Assembly: GCA_041690395.1 (NCBI GenBank)
Contig: JAWLHJ010000001.1
Coordinates: 64,001-128,000 of the forward strand
Direction of reading: 5' to 3'
Length of the DNA stretch: 64,000 nt
Source of the DNA: Longimicrobiales bacterium
GTDB lineage: Bacteria; Gemmatimonadota; Gemmatimonadetes; Longimicrobiales; Gaopeijiaceae
The notes below the pieces were generated by a model, which was given only the letters and a program-made list of their open reading frames with translations, did no database searches and was not told where the DNA came from. Positions 32,979 through 47,359 of this stretch are shown in pieces (position 1 is the first letter of the stretch; each line of letters begins with the position of its first letter). Both the position numbers and the translations under genes were made by a program.

Positions 32979-34373
32979 CTACCCTTCGCCGCCGTCGCCC
33001 GACCGCGGCAGCGCCTCGATCGCCAGCGCCAGGGCCTCGATGGCGTGGGCCACCTGATGCTCCGTCAGATACACCGACGGAGTGACCTCGACGACGTTGC
33101 CGACCGGGCCGGCGGGAAGGATCAGCACACCTTCCCGGAGGAGCGCCTCGGCAACCGCACCGCCCGTCCCCGCGCCACCGGGCGCTCCGTCCGCTTCGCC
33201 GAGCTCGACGCCGAGGAGGAGTCCGAGGCCGCGCACCTCGCGCACGCGGCTGCACCCGTCGAGTCGCGCCCGTAGCCGCTCGGTCCAGTCCACGCCGGCC
33301 GCACGCACCCGCTCGTGCACTCCGTCCCGCTCATACTCGTCGAGCACGGCCAGCGCCGCGGCGCATCCCAGCGGGTGCCCGAGGAAAGTGCTCGTGTGGA
33401 TCGCCTCGCCGGTGCTCTCCGGCCACCTGTCCATGACCTCGGCACGGCCCATGCAGGCCGACAGCGGCACCCCACCGCCGAGCGCTTTGCCGAGGCACAT
33501 CAGGTCCGGATCGAGCCCCACCGAGGGCGACGCGAACATGCCGCCACAGCGGCCCGAGCCGGTGAAGACCTCGTCGGCGACGACGACGGTGCCCGCGTCG
33601 TGGGCGAGGCGCGAGAGCTCCGCCATGAATCCGTCGGGAGCGACCCGCGCCCCGCCCCGCCCCTGCATGGGCTCGACCAGCACGGCACCGATGGGATCTC
33701 CGTTGGGTGCACCCCGGTCGAGGGCGTCGGCAACGGCGGCGAGTACGTCGTCGGGCTCGATCCAGGAGGAGCCGTCACGGCCGCTCCCCGGTGCTCCCCC
33801 CGTGCCCGGAAACGGCACGAAGGTCACTCCGCCGTAGAGGCGGTCCAGAAACCGCCCGCGAAAGTGGTCGCGATCTGTCGCGGCCAGCGCTCCGAGCGTA
33901 AGGCCGTGATAAGCGCCTTCGAACGCCAGGATGCCCGGCCGGCCGGTGGCCACCTGGGCCGTCTTGAGCGCGGTCTCGACCGACTCAGAGCCGGTCGACG
34001 AGAGCACCGTCCGGCTCTCGCTCCAGGGCGCCAGCGCCGCCAGCCGCTCCAGCAGGTCGAGCTTCACCCTGGGCGGATGGATGTCGCCCATGCCGTGCAG
34101 CAGGGTACGCGCCTGGGCCTCGACGGCCTCGACCACGACACGAGGTGCGTGCCCGAGCAGTCCGACGCCGAAGGCGCCCGTCAGATCCAGGAAGACGTTG
34201 CCGTCCACGTCCCGCACGTTCCCGCCGCGGGCCTCCTCCCAGAACACGGGCCACCCCTCGTGCACGTGCGTGACGTCGTGCGACTCGACGTCACGCAATC
34301 TGCGCGCGGCATCGCGGGAGCGCGGCCCGGGCGGCGTGACCCGGACGTCGGGGAGCAGGTCGCCGAAGCTCAC
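32979..34373 (-). CDS. Class III PLP aminotransferase (GabT/ArgD-like)
   Basis: DVDGNVFLD, GSESVETALK, EPMQGRGG, DEVFTGSGR, LGKALGGG. Confidence 0.92.
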   Translation of the reverse strand: MSFGDLLPDVRVTPPGPRSRDAARRLRDVESHDVTHVHEGWPVFWEEARGGNVRDVDGNVFLDLTGAFGVGLLGHAPRVVVEAVEAQARTLLHGMGDIHPPRVKLDLLERLAALAPWSESRTVLSSTGSESVETALKTAQVATGRPGILAFEGAYHGLTLGALAATDRDHFRGRFLDRLYGGVTFVPFPGTGGAPGSGRDGSSWIEPDDVLAAVADALDRGAPNGDPIGAVLVEPMQGRGGARVAPDGFMAELSRLAHDAGTVVVADEVFTGSGRCGGMFASPSVGLDPDLMCLGKALGGGVPLSACMGRAEVMDRWPESTGEAIHTSTFLGHPLGCAAALAVLDEYERDGVHERVRAAGVDWTERLRARLDGCSRVREVRGLGLLLGVELGEADGAPGGAGTGGAVAEALLREGVLILPAGPVGNVVEVTPSVYLTEHQVAHAIEALALAIEALPRSGDGGEG

Positions 34374-34380
34374 GGGCTCG

Positions 34381-35280
34381 TCAGCCCTCGCCGAGCCGGT
34401 CCTCGGCCTGCATGCCCATCGCGTGGTAGCCCTTGTCGACGTGCAGCGTCTCGCCGGTGATGCCCGACGCGAGGGGCGACAACAGGAACGCTGCGGCGGT
34501 CCCCACCTCGTCCGCCGTGTTGCACTCGGGGAGCGCCGCGTTCGCCTCGTAATAAGTGACCATGCGATCGATCGAGCCGATCGCCTTGGCGGCGCGGCTG
34601 GCGAGGGGTCCAGCGCTGATCGTGTTCACGCGGATCCCGTGCCGGCGGCCGGCCTCGTACGCCAGGGTGCGGGTGTCCGCCTCGAGCGCGGCCTTCGCCG
34701 AGCTCATCCCACCGCCGTATCCCGGAATGACCCGCTCGGCCGCGAGGTACGACAGCGACACGACCGACCCGCCGTCACGCATGAGCGGTGCGAACCGCTG
34801 CACCAGGCTGACCATGGAGTACGCGCTCGCGCTCACGGCGGCGAGGTAGCCCTCGCGGCTCGTGTCGATGAGCGCCTTCTGCACCTCGGGTCCGTTGGCC
34901 AGGGAGTGCACGAGGATATCCAGGGGACGCTCCCCGAAGTCGGCACGGAGCTCGTCGGCGATCTCCTCGATGGTGAAGGCGTCGAGGTCGACGTAGCGCT
35001 TGTCGTTCCTGATCTCGTCCGGCACCTGGTCCGGCGTGTCGTAGACGGCGTCCAGCGGGTAGATCTTCTCGATCTCGATCTCACCCCCGCCGGGGAGGGA
35101 AATGTCGAGCTTCCCGCGCTCCAGGCTCTTGGTGAAGATGCGGAGCGCCGGTGGCCACGTGCCGATGCAGATCGAGGCGCCGGCCTGCGCCAGCGCACGA
35201 ACGATCGCCCACCCGTAGCCGCGGTCGTCGGCGACGCCCGCCACGAAGGCACGCTTTCCGGAGAGGTCGATGGGTAGCAT
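34381..35280 (-). CDS. fabI: Enoyl-ACP reductase (chlamydial/plant-type FabI)
   Basis: [53 protein letters not shown]. Confidence 0.93.
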   Translation of the reverse strand: MLPIDLSGKRAFVAGVADDRGYGWAIVRALAQAGASICIGTWPPALRIFTKSLERGKLDISLPGGGEIEIEKIYPLDAVYDTPDQVPDEIRNDKRYVDLDAFTIEEIADELRADFGERPLDILVHSLANGPEVQKALIDTSREGYLAAVSASAYSMVSLVQRFAPLMRDGGSVVSLSYLAAERVIPGYGGGMSSAKAALEADTRTLAYEAGRRHGIRVNTISAGPLASRAAKAIGSIDRMVTYYEANAALPECNTADEVGTAAAFLLSPLASGITGETLHVDKGYHAMGMQAEDRLGEG

Positions 35281-35376
35281 GTGCTGAAAGCTCCTGGATG
35301 CGGATGCGAGATCGAATGATGGCAATCAGACCCTGAAAGTAGCAGGTCGACGGCGGTGCGTCCGCCGCGCGACGGA

Positions 35377-36513
35377 CTACTCGTCCGGGTCGCCCGACCG
35401 GCCCGAAATCCAGAAGAGCAGCGCCGCGGTGAAAGCCAGAGCGAACACCGCGCCGAGCGCGCCGCCCCGCTCCACGCCCCAGTACCAGACGGCCGCGACG
35501 AACGCGACGGCCGCCGCCCCGATCACGGGCCGGAGGCCTCGGGTGTTTCCGTATGCGAACGCGGCCACGCCGCCGCCGCCGACCAGCAGCAGAGCGAGCT
35601 CCGGCGGCCCGTCGATGAGCTCGAGCGCGGTGTAGAACCCGAACGGAATCCACAGCAGGACTTGATACGACAGGAGCTTGGCCAGCCAGGCGCGCCGGTC
35701 TCCGTGGTCGTCCGAGCCGATCGCTCGTGTGGTGAGCACAACCGCCATCAACAGCCAGAGGTCGAGGGGGAGGACCGCCTCGTCTTCGAGCCCCAGCGGG
35801 CCCACGGCCGTCAGGCCGATCAGGATGAACCCGGCCGAGATCGCGGTCACGAACGCGTTCAGCAGCCACGGGTGCTCGGCGCCGTCCGGGTCGTCCCGCA
35901 GCATCCGCCCCAGCACGAGGAGCGCGCCCAGAAGCGCGGCATCGAGGACCCAGACGATCGCGTCTTCGGAGAGCGGCGTCGCCCGGTCGAGGAAGACCGC
36001 GAGGAATGCCAACGAGAACGCGAGATGGATCGCGGGCATGACCGGCCCGGTCCGGATGGCGCGCGGTGCCAGCACGATGGGCACCGCGAGCGCGAACGCA
36101 CCGGCGACCATGCCGCCGACAGACATGTCGCCCCAGACCCGCTTCGAGTACACGGAGCTCGCGAGCAGCAAGGCGAGGCCAGCGGTCTGCAGGAGATACG
36201 CGACCGGGAGCCAGCGCCGGCCGCGCTCGAGGAAGATCCCCCCGACCACCATGCCCGCGCCGCACGCCGCGAGCACGGCCGCCCGCGCGCCGTCTCCGAG
36301 CAGCGGCCAGCTCCATTCCAGGAACACGCCACCCGCGATCAGGGCGATGGTGGCCGCGGTGGCGGCCAGCACGTACTGCACCATGCGGCGCGTGCCGACC
36401 TCCGCGGAGGTCTGGGTGTCGTTCCGGAGGGTCCGGGCCAGGGCGGAATCGACGAGGCCCGACCGCTCCCAGCGGTCGATCGCCTCGAACACCGCGTCGA
36501 CGTCTCGGCTCAT
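35377..36513 (-). CDS. Multi-pass membrane protein (DUF2157-like)
   Basis: IDRWERSGLV N-terminus followed by many TM segments. Confidence 0.75.
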   Translation of the reverse strand: MSRDVDAVFEAIDRWERSGLVDSALARTLRNDTQTSAEVGTRRMVQYVLAATAATIALIAGGVFLEWSWPLLGDGARAAVLAACGAGMVVGGIFLERGRRWLPVAYLLQTAGLALLLASSVYSKRVWGDMSVGGMVAGAFALAVPIVLAPRAIRTGPVMPAIHLAFSLAFLAVFLDRATPLSEDAIVWVLDAALLGALLVLGRMLRDDPDGAEHPWLLNAFVTAISAGFILIGLTAVGPLGLEDEAVLPLDLWLLMAVVLTTRAIGSDDHGDRRAWLAKLLSYQVLLWIPFGFYTALELIDGPPELALLLVGGGGVAAFAYGNTRGLRPVIGAAAVAFVAAVWYWGVERGGALGAVFALAFTAALLFWISGRSGDPDE

Positions 36514-36574
36514 CGCCCCAAGGTGGTCGTCAGGATCCCCGGCGCGCAACGTTTACGCGCATATCAGGTCGGGT

Positions 36575-37534
36575 TCAGATCAGGAAGGCGAATCCACCCA
36601 GATAGCCGGCGAGAAGAATCGCACCCTCCCACCTGCGGAGCCGCCAGCTCATGCGGACGAGCGGAAAAAGGGCCAGCGACATGAGGGTGACCGCCACGAG
36701 CTCGTGCGTCATGACGGTCCGTTCGATCGGGATGGGCGCGATGATTGCGGTCACCCCCAGGATGCCCGCCAGGTTGAAGATGTTCGACCCGATGACGTTG
36801 CCGACCGCGATGTCGGCCTCCTGACGGATGGCGGCCACGACGGAGGTGGCGAGCTCGGGAAGCGACGTTCCGATGGCCACCACGGTGAGGCCGATCACGA
36901 CCTCGGAGATGCCGAGCGCGGTCCCCACGCCGACGGCCCCCTCGACGATCGAGTAGCCGCCGACCACGAGCCCCAGGCACCCGGCGACGACGAGCCCGAA
37001 GTCCTTGAGCCGAAGGGGCGGCGGCGCGTCGCCCTCCTCCACCAAGCCCTGCACCTCGCCGAGGATCGCGGGCGCCTTCTCGCCCACGGTCCGGAACGCC
37101 GAGACGAGGTACGCGGCCAGGGCCGCGAGCAGGATGACCCCGTCGACGCGGCTCAGCATCATGTCCCACAGGAGCGGGAAGAGCGCCAGCGTGATGAGCA
37201 GCATGATGGGCATCTCACGCGTGACCACCCGGCGCTGGACGTTCAGCGGAGTGATCATCGCCGTCACACCCAGGATGAGTCCCATGTTCGCCAGATTCGA
37301 CCCGAGCACGTTGCCGGTGGCCAGGGCCGGCCGTCCCTCGAGCGCGGCGACCACGCACACGACGAGCTCCGGCGCCGACGTGCCGAGCGACACCACGGTG
37401 AGGCCGACCACGATGGGGCTGATGCCGAGCGACGCCGCCATGTGGGCAGCGCCGCGCACGAGCCACTCCGCTCCGAAGTAGAGCACGCCGATACCGACGA
37501 CGAGCACGCCGACATCGATCACGAGCTGGCTCAC
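36575..37534 (-). CDS. Calcium/sodium antiporter (YrbG-like)
   Basis: Two alpha repeats GTSAPE and GTSLPE, GNVLGSN / GNVIGSNIFN. Confidence 0.93.
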   Translation of the reverse strand: MSQLVIDVGVLVVGIGVLYFGAEWLVRGAAHMAASLGISPIVVGLTVVSLGTSAPELVVCVVAALEGRPALATGNVLGSNLANMGLILGVTAMITPLNVQRRVVTREMPIMLLITLALFPLLWDMMLSRVDGVILLAALAAYLVSAFRTVGEKAPAILGEVQGLVEEGDAPPPLRLKDFGLVVAGCLGLVVGGYSIVEGAVGVGTALGISEVVIGLTVVAIGTSLPELATSVVAAIRQEADIAVGNVIGSNIFNLAGILGVTAIIAPIPIERTVMTHELVAVTLMSLALFPLVRMSWRLRRWEGAILLAGYLGGFAFLI

Positions 37535-37544
37535 GAGGCCCGCC

Positions 37545-41413
<3,869 letters not shown>

Positions 41414-41436
41414 TCACGGATCCGGGGCCTGCAAAT

Positions 41437-42690
41437 ATGGCGACGGGCCCCGTGCATCGACCACGGGGACCGGTCTCGTCGATCCAGCCCCCGTTACCGG
41501 ACCACCCCTTGAACGTTCCAGAGCTCAGAGCGGACACCCCCGGATGCGCCGAGCGCGTGCACCTGAACAGCGCCGGCGCTTCCCTCATGCCCCGGCCGGT
41601 GGTGGAGACGGTGAAGGCGCACCTCGACCTCGAGGCCCGCATAGGGGGTTACGAGGCCGAGGCCGAGGCTGGTGCCGCCATTGAGCTGGCGTATCAGCAC
41701 GTCGCGGATCTCCTGGGCACGACCCCCGACCGGATCGCGTTCACCGAGCACGCCACGGCGGGGTTCGTCGCGGCTCTGTCATCGATCCCCTTCCGCGTCG
41801 GAGACGTGATCGCGACGACACGCCACGACTACGTGTCGAACCAGATCCAATACCTGTCGCTGGCCCGCCGCTTCGGCGTGGAGGTGATCAGGGTCCCCGA
41901 CGCGCCGGAGGGCGGTGTCGACCTCGCGGCCATGGAGGAGACCATCCATCGCCGACGCCCCCGGCTGGTCGCGGTCACCCAGATCCCGACCAACTCCGGT
42001 CTCGTCCAGGACGTTGCCACCATCGGTGCCATGTGCCGGGCCCGGGACGTTCCGTTCCTGGTCGACGGGTGCCAGTCGGTGGGCCAGATGCCGGTCGACG
42101 TCGAGGCCATCGGGTGCGACTTCTTCTCGGCGACGGCCCGCAAGTTCTTGCGGGGTCCGCGGGGTGCCGGCTTCCTGTACGTCTCGGACCGGGTGCTCGA
42201 CCGCGGCTTCGAGCCACTCTTTCCGGACCTCCGTGGCGCCGACATGGTGGCGGGAGACGTGTATCAGCCGGCTCCGGACGCCAAGCGCTTCGAGACCTGG
42301 GAGTTCCAGTGGGGCCTCGTGCTAGGGACGGGCGTGGCGGCCCGGTACGCCCTCGACGTCGGGCTCGAGGCCATCCGTGATCGGGCCCGCGCGCTCGCGA
42401 ACGAGCTGCGCACCGGGCTCGCGGCAATCGACGGGGTCCGGGTGCTCGATCGGGGTCCCGAGCTCGGCGCGATCGTGACGGCCTCGGTGGACGGCTACGT
42501 GCCCGCCGACCTGGTTCAGGCCCTGCGCGCACGGGGCATCAACACGTCATCCCAGACCCGGCTCGACGCGGTGATCGACTACGACGACAAGGGGGTCGAC
42601 GGCGCGCTCCGGATCTCGCCCCACTACTTCAACGACGAGTCGGACCTCGACGCGCTGCTCGAGGGCCTGACCGAGATCGTCCATGGATGA
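41437..42690 (+). CDS. Class V PLP enzyme (cysteine desulfurase/lyase-like; start may be ~41509)
   Basis: HLNSAGASL, VDGCQSVGQ, TARKFLRGPRG, RISPHYFN. Confidence 0.9.
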   Translation: MATGPVHRPRGPVSSIQPPLPDHPLNVPELRADTPGCAERVHLNSAGASLMPRPVVETVKAHLDLEARIGGYEAEAEAGAAIELAYQHVADLLGTTPDRIAFTEHATAGFVAALSSIPFRVGDVIATTRHDYVSNQIQYLSLARRFGVEVIRVPDAPEGGVDLAAMEETIHRRRPRLVAVTQIPTNSGLVQDVATIGAMCRARDVPFLVDGCQSVGQMPVDVEAIGCDFFSATARKFLRGPRGAGFLYVSDRVLDRGFEPLFPDLRGADMVAGDVYQPAPDAKRFETWEFQWGLVLGTGVAARYALDVGLEAIRDRARALANELRTGLAAIDGVRVLDRGPELGAIVTASVDGYVPADLVQALRARGINTSSQTRLDAVIDYDDKGVDGALRISPHYFNDESDLDALLEGLTEIVHG

Positions 42691-42796
42691 GCGGGCTGAA
42701 GGATTCCCGACGCGCCGCCGTACTCGGGGCGTAGACGGTGGGGGAGGTCGGCACGCGACACCGCGTCGCGCCGGCGGGGACCAGTAAGGAGAGGCG

Positions 42797-43363
42797 TTGC
42801 GGCCGGAGCTCGAGCGGGAGTTGATCCGAAAGTGCAGGGCGGGAGACCCCCGCTTCTACGAGCCGCTGGTGCGTGCCTACGAGCCCGCCGGGCTCAGGCT
42901 GTCGATCGCCATGATGGGCAACGCCGAGGACGCCGAAGACGCGCTTCAGGAGGCTTTCGTGAAGACCTACGACTCGCTCCACCGCTTCGACCTCCGGAAG
43001 CCTTTCGGGCCGTGGTTCTTCCAGATCCTCCGCAACCAGTGCCGCGACATGCTCCGGAGCCGGAAGGCCAAGTTCCGTGTCGAGTCGCTGGACGAGAGGC
43101 TCGAGAGCCGGCCCGCCGACCCGGAGGACGGGCCGGAACGGGCCCGCCAGCGCAACGCCGCGCGTGAGCTGCTCTGGGCGGGGCTCGAGCGCATCGGCGA
43201 CGAGCACCGGGAGGTTCTCGTGTTGAAGGAGCTACAGGGCTTCCGGTACGCGGAGATCGCGCAGATCCTCGAGATCCCCGAGGGCACCGTGGCCAGCCGG
43301 CTGTTCCATGCCCGTCAGGCGCTGCAGGCGGCCCTGGTGGAGCTGGGAGTGGAGGGTCCGTGA
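42797..43363 (+). CDS. ECF sigma factor
   Basis: DAEDALQEAF region 2; YAEIA..GTVASRLFHAR region 4. Confidence 0.93.
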   Translation: MRPELERELIRKCRAGDPRFYEPLVRAYEPAGLRLSIAMMGNAEDAEDALQEAFVKTYDSLHRFDLRKPFGPWFFQILRNQCRDMLRSRKAKFRVESLDERLESRPADPEDGPERARQRNAARELLWAGLERIGDEHREVLVLKELQGFRYAEIAQILEIPEGTVASRLFHARQALQAALVELGVEGP

Positions 43364-43773
43364 GCGCGCCCGGCCCCGTGTCCGAACAGGACCTGATGCG
43401 TTATCTGGACGGCGAGCTCCCGCCGGCGGAGCGCGCGCGGGTCGACACGGCGCTCGACGCCTCTCCGGAACTGCGCGCACAACTCGAGAACTTCCGCTCG
43501 CTGCGCGCCGGCTTCCACGACCTCACCTTCCCGCCCGCGGGGCCGGACCGGTCGGTCTGGGACCGGGTGGCGGTCCGCGTGTTCCGCTCCTCCGAGCGCA
43601 TGTTCATCGGGATCGGCGTCGGGCTCTGGCTCGCGTACGGCGCCTACGAGCTGTCGACGGGGCGGAGCGACGCCTGGACGCGCGTGGCGGTGGGCGGTAT
43701 GGCGATCGGCGTGCTCGTGCTGTTCGCCCTCGTCATCCGGGACCGCTACCGGACGTGGTCCGACGACGTGTGA
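43360..43773 (+). CDS. Membrane anti-sigma factor
   Basis: LMRYLDGEL ASD-like helix, two TMs; coupled to the ECF gene. Confidence 0.8.
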   Translation: MSAPGPVSEQDLMRYLDGELPPAERARVDTALDASPELRAQLENFRSLRAGFHDLTFPPAGPDRSVWDRVAVRVFRSSERMFIGIGVGLWLAYGAYELSTGRSDAWTRVAVGGMAIGVLVLFALVIRDRYRTWSDDV

Positions 43774-43833
43774 GGCACCCGTCGCTCGACCCGCTCTCTT
43801 GCTGACCTCCGACCCGCCCCGGCATGTTGCGGC

Positions 43834-44664
43834 GTGTCCCCAACGATCAGGCCCGACTCCGAGGTGCCCGTGGCGCGACTGGCCATCTTCCAGCCGGACG
43901 CGCGCTCGGGCGCCCGCCTCAATGCGGCGCTTTCCGGAGTCCACGAACTTCTGCCGTCCGACTCCTGGGACGAGCTGGTCGCGGAGATCTCGGGGGGCCG
44001 CGTGGAGGGCGCCCTGATCGACGCCGACCACCCGTCGCCCGACGAAGCGCTGGCGCGCGTCGCACTTCTCAGGGGTGCGTTTCCCGACATCGCGGTCATC
44101 GGCTTCACGGAGCGGACACGGTCGCGCGACTTCTACGAGCTGGGAGCGACGGGGCTCGACGGCTTCGTCTCGGGGACGGACGGGGTGCTGGGAACCAAGG
44201 GGGCCGTCGACGACGCCCTGGCGGCGCGGAGAGGACGCGCGGTTGAAGAAGCGCTACGTGCTCGGCTCCCGTCTCCTGCGCCGGAAGCGATCGGCTGGAC
44301 ACTCGCCCACGCCGGCGGTGACGTAACCGTCGAGAAGATGGCGCGGGCGCTCGGCTTCTCCCTCTACGCGCTCCGTGGTATGCTGCACGAGCGTGGACTC
44401 CCCGGCCCGTCCGACCTGATCGTGTGGGGACGCCTGCTCGCGGTCGCAGGACGGCTGCAGGCAGACGGAAGGAAGGTCGAGGAGACTGCATTCGCACTCG
44501 GGTACTCGTCTTCGCCCGCACTCGCCCGGGCCGTGCGGTCACGAACCGGACTCACCCCCCGGGAGCTCGCGAGCACGGGCTTTCACGCCGTCCTCCAGCT
44601 TCTCGTGCGGACGCTGACGGGATCCGGCGCTCCCGCGGAGTTCCGCGAAGACATCATCCCGTAG
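43834..44664 (+). CDS. AraC-like HTH regulator with degenerate receiver-like N-terminus
   Basis: VEETAFALGYSSSPALARAVRSRTGLTP. Confidence 0.75.
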   Translation: MSPTIRPDSEVPVARLAIFQPDARSGARLNAALSGVHELLPSDSWDELVAEISGGRVEGALIDADHPSPDEALARVALLRGAFPDIAVIGFTERTRSRDFYELGATGLDGFVSGTDGVLGTKGAVDDALAARRGRAVEEALRARLPSPAPEAIGWTLAHAGGDVTVEKMARALGFSLYALRGMLHERGLPGPSDLIVWGRLLAVAGRLQADGRKVEETAFALGYSSSPALARAVRSRTGLTPRELASTGFHAVLQLLVRTLTGSGAPAEFREDIIP

Positions 44665-44692
44665 CCAACACATCGAGAAGACCACCGAGCCC

Positions 44693-47359
44693 ATGAGCGA
44701 CTACGATCTGCCCGACCTCCCGTCCGACAAAGAGCTCGGGATCACGGAAGAGGATCTCCGGGCGTTCGAGGAGGAGAGCGGGGCTGCGGGCGGCGGCCCG
44801 CCTTCGAAGACGGGCCGGAAGGGGGGCGGGCCGCCCGCCGCTTCCGGTGGGACCGGCGGTGAAGACGACGGCGACGACCTCACCCCCTCTCGGCTGAGGG
44901 GACCGATCACGCTGCTGGCGATGATCGCGTTGGGCTGGACCGCGAGCATCCGGACGGGCGTCCCCGAGCCCGTTCCGGCCGACGGGCCCGACACCGCCTT
45001 TTCGGCTGTCCGGGCGGCGCGGACCCTCGAGGAGATCGCTCGGGCTCCTCGGCCCGCCGGCTCACCGGAGCATGCCCGCGTTCGGGGCTACCTGCTGGGA
45101 GCGCTCCGCTCACTCGGGCTCGAGCCCGAGGTCCAGACGACGACCGCGGTCCGGGAAGGGGGAGACTTCGCGCGTGCGGCCACGGTTCGGAACGTCGTGG
45201 CGCGACTCCCCGGCTCGGCTTCGACCGGTGCCGTGCTGATCACCGCCCACTACGACGGCGTCGAGCTGTCGCCGGCGGCGGGCGACGACGCGTCCGGACT
45301 GGTGACCATCCTCGAGGCGGTCCGGGCGGTCCAGGCCGCGGGGCAGCTCAGGAACGACGTCATCGTTCTCTTCACCGACGCGGAGGAGCTCGGTCTGCTC
45401 GGGGCCGAGGGCTTCGTGCGGGACCACCCCTGGTTGAACGACGTCCAGGCCGTGCTCTCGTTCGAGATGCGCGGCTCGGGCGGGCCGTCCATCCTCTTCG
45501 AGACGGCGGACGGGAACGGGGCGGTCGTGCGGGCCCTCAAGGCCGGCGCGCCGAACGCGTTCGGGACCTCCCTCGGTGACGAGTTCTTCCGGTACATGCC
45601 GAACGCGACCGATTTCACGGTTTTCGAGCGCGCCGGGAAGCAGGGGCTCAACTTCGCCGCCATCGACAACGCGGCCGTCTACCACACACCCAGGGATACG
45701 CCTTCGGAGCTGTCCCCACGGACCCTCCAACAGCACGGGATCCACGCGCTGGGGGCGCTGAAGACCCTCGGGCAGGCCGATCTGTCCGAGATGAGGGCCC
45801 CGGACGTGGTCTATTTCACGCTACCGCTGCTCGGTATGGTCGTGTACCCGGCGGCGTGGGTCCTGCCCATCGGTGCCCTGCTGGCCCTGCTCGGCGTCGG
45901 GGCCATCCTCCTCGCCCGTCGACGCGGCGCGCGGGTGTCCGCCATGGTCACCGGCTTCGGCGTGTCGCTCGTGGCGACCTCGCTGGGCTACGCGGCGGGC
46001 TGGCTCCTGCTCGACCAGACCTACGGATCACACCCGGAGGCGGGCCAGCTTCCGGGAGCGCTCTACTACGGCGAGGGGTGGTACGTCCTGGCGTTGGCAT
46101 CTGTCGCCCTCCTGATCGTCTCGGGCTCGGTGGCGCTCGCCCGCCGCAAGCTGTCGGTGGCGGAGCTGACGCTCGGGGGTGTCCTTCTCCCGCTCGTGGC
46201 CTCGGGCGTGGTCGCCGTCGTGGCGCCACTCGCGGCCGCGCCGCTGCAATGGCCCGTGATCACGGCGCTCCTGTCCGTGCTGTTCGCGGCACTGCTCGGA
46301 GCACGCGTGCGTGGGATCGCGGGTTGGCTGCTCGCGCTCCTCGCGGCGGCGCCCGTGTTCGCCTTCTTCGTGCCGCTTGCGGAGCTACTCTGGCTTGCGG
46401 GTACCCTACGGCTCGCCGCGCCCCTCGGCGCACTGATGGTTTGCGGCCTCTTCCTGGTGGTGCCGACGGTGGAGCACCTGCACACGCGCAACGGATGGTG
46501 GTTGCCGCTCGCCGCCATCATGGGAGCGGGAGCTTCGATCGGGATGGCCCGGCTTGGCAGCGTGGTCAGCCCCGTGACTCCCGTATCCACGACGCTCGCG
46601 TACCAGTACGAGCGCGGCACGGACCGGGGCCTCTGGATATCCGACGGATCCACGGTCGACACACCGGACTCCGCGGCCGCGGCCTGGCTCACCTCACGCG
46701 TCGCGAGCCCGTTCGACAGGGTGGCCGATCTATCCGCCACGGGGTACTGGCCCGAGCGTGCACCGGTCGCGGACGCACCTCCCGCCACGGCCCCGGCACT
46801 CACCCTCCGCATCCAGCGCGACACCACCGTAGGCGCCGTGCGGCGGGTCACGCTCGGCGTCCGTTCGGAGATCGGCGCCGAGCGACTCTACTTCCGCCGC
46901 TCCGGCGGCGCGGCCGGCACGCGCATCGTCTCCATCAACGGTCGGGCACTCACCGACCCCTACGCCGTGCAGTGGGTCGACCACTGGGGCGTGCCGGACT
47001 CACTCGTCGTTCTGGAGCTCGAGATGCCCGCGGCCTCCGAAACCGCGCTGACCGTGTCCGAGCACCTGCTCCGGCCAGCCGAGATCCTCGGTCCCGGCAC
47101 GTTTCAGCGACCACCCGGGCTTCAGGCCAACGTGATGCGTTCGAGCGACCGGGCCATCCTGACGACGCGACTCGGCGGAGCATCGGGCGAAGGGCCGCCC
47201 GACGGCACCGACGGCACCGACCGCACGGAGCCCCTGGAGGACGCGCCGGGCGACGCCCTTCCCGACTCCATGGCGATCGAGCCGGACACGACCCTTCCCG
47301 ACTCGGCATCCCTCCCGGATACCGGATCGACTCCCGAGCCGGAGCCACCCCCATGTTGA
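44693..47359 (+). CDS. Membrane-bound M28 family metallopeptidase
   Basis: AHYD, GDDASG, DAEELGLLGA, EMRG, TDF, YHT, followed by a multi-TM block. Confidence 0.92.
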   Translation: MSDYDLPDLPSDKELGITEEDLRAFEEESGAAGGGPPSKTGRKGGGPPAASGGTGGEDDGDDLTPSRLRGPITLLAMIALGWTASIRTGVPEPVPADGPDTAFSAVRAARTLEEIARAPRPAGSPEHARVRGYLLGALRSLGLEPEVQTTTAVREGGDFARAATVRNVVARLPGSASTGAVLITAHYDGVELSPAAGDDASGLVTILEAVRAVQAAGQLRNDVIVLFTDAEELGLLGAEGFVRDHPWLNDVQAVLSFEMRGSGGPSILFETADGNGAVVRALKAGAPNAFGTSLGDEFFRYMPNATDFTVFERAGKQGLNFAAIDNAAVYHTPRDTPSELSPRTLQQHGIHALGALKTLGQADLSEMRAPDVVYFTLPLLGMVVYPAAWVLPIGALLALLGVGAILLARRRGARVSAMVTGFGVSLVATSLGYAAGWLLLDQTYGSHPEAGQLPGALYYGEGWYVLALASVALLIVSGSVALARRKLSVAELTLGGVLLPLVASGVVAVVAPLAAAPLQWPVITALLSVLFAALLGARVRGIAGWLLALLAAAPVFAFFVPLAELLWLAGTLRLAAPLGALMVCGLFLVVPTVEHLHTRNGWWLPLAAIMGAGASIGMARLGSVVSPVTPVSTTLAYQYERGTDRGLWISDGSTVDTPDSAAAAWLTSRVASPFDRVADLSATGYWPERAPVADAPPATAPALTLRIQRDTTVGAVRRVTLGVRSEIGAERLYFRRSGGAAGTRIVSINGRALTDPYAVQWVDHWGVPDSLVVLELEMPAASETALTVSEHLLRPAEILGPGTFQRPPGLQANVMRSSDRAILTTRLGGASGEGPPDGTDGTDRTEPLEDAPGDALPDSMAIEPDTTLPDSASLPDTGSTPEPEPPPC

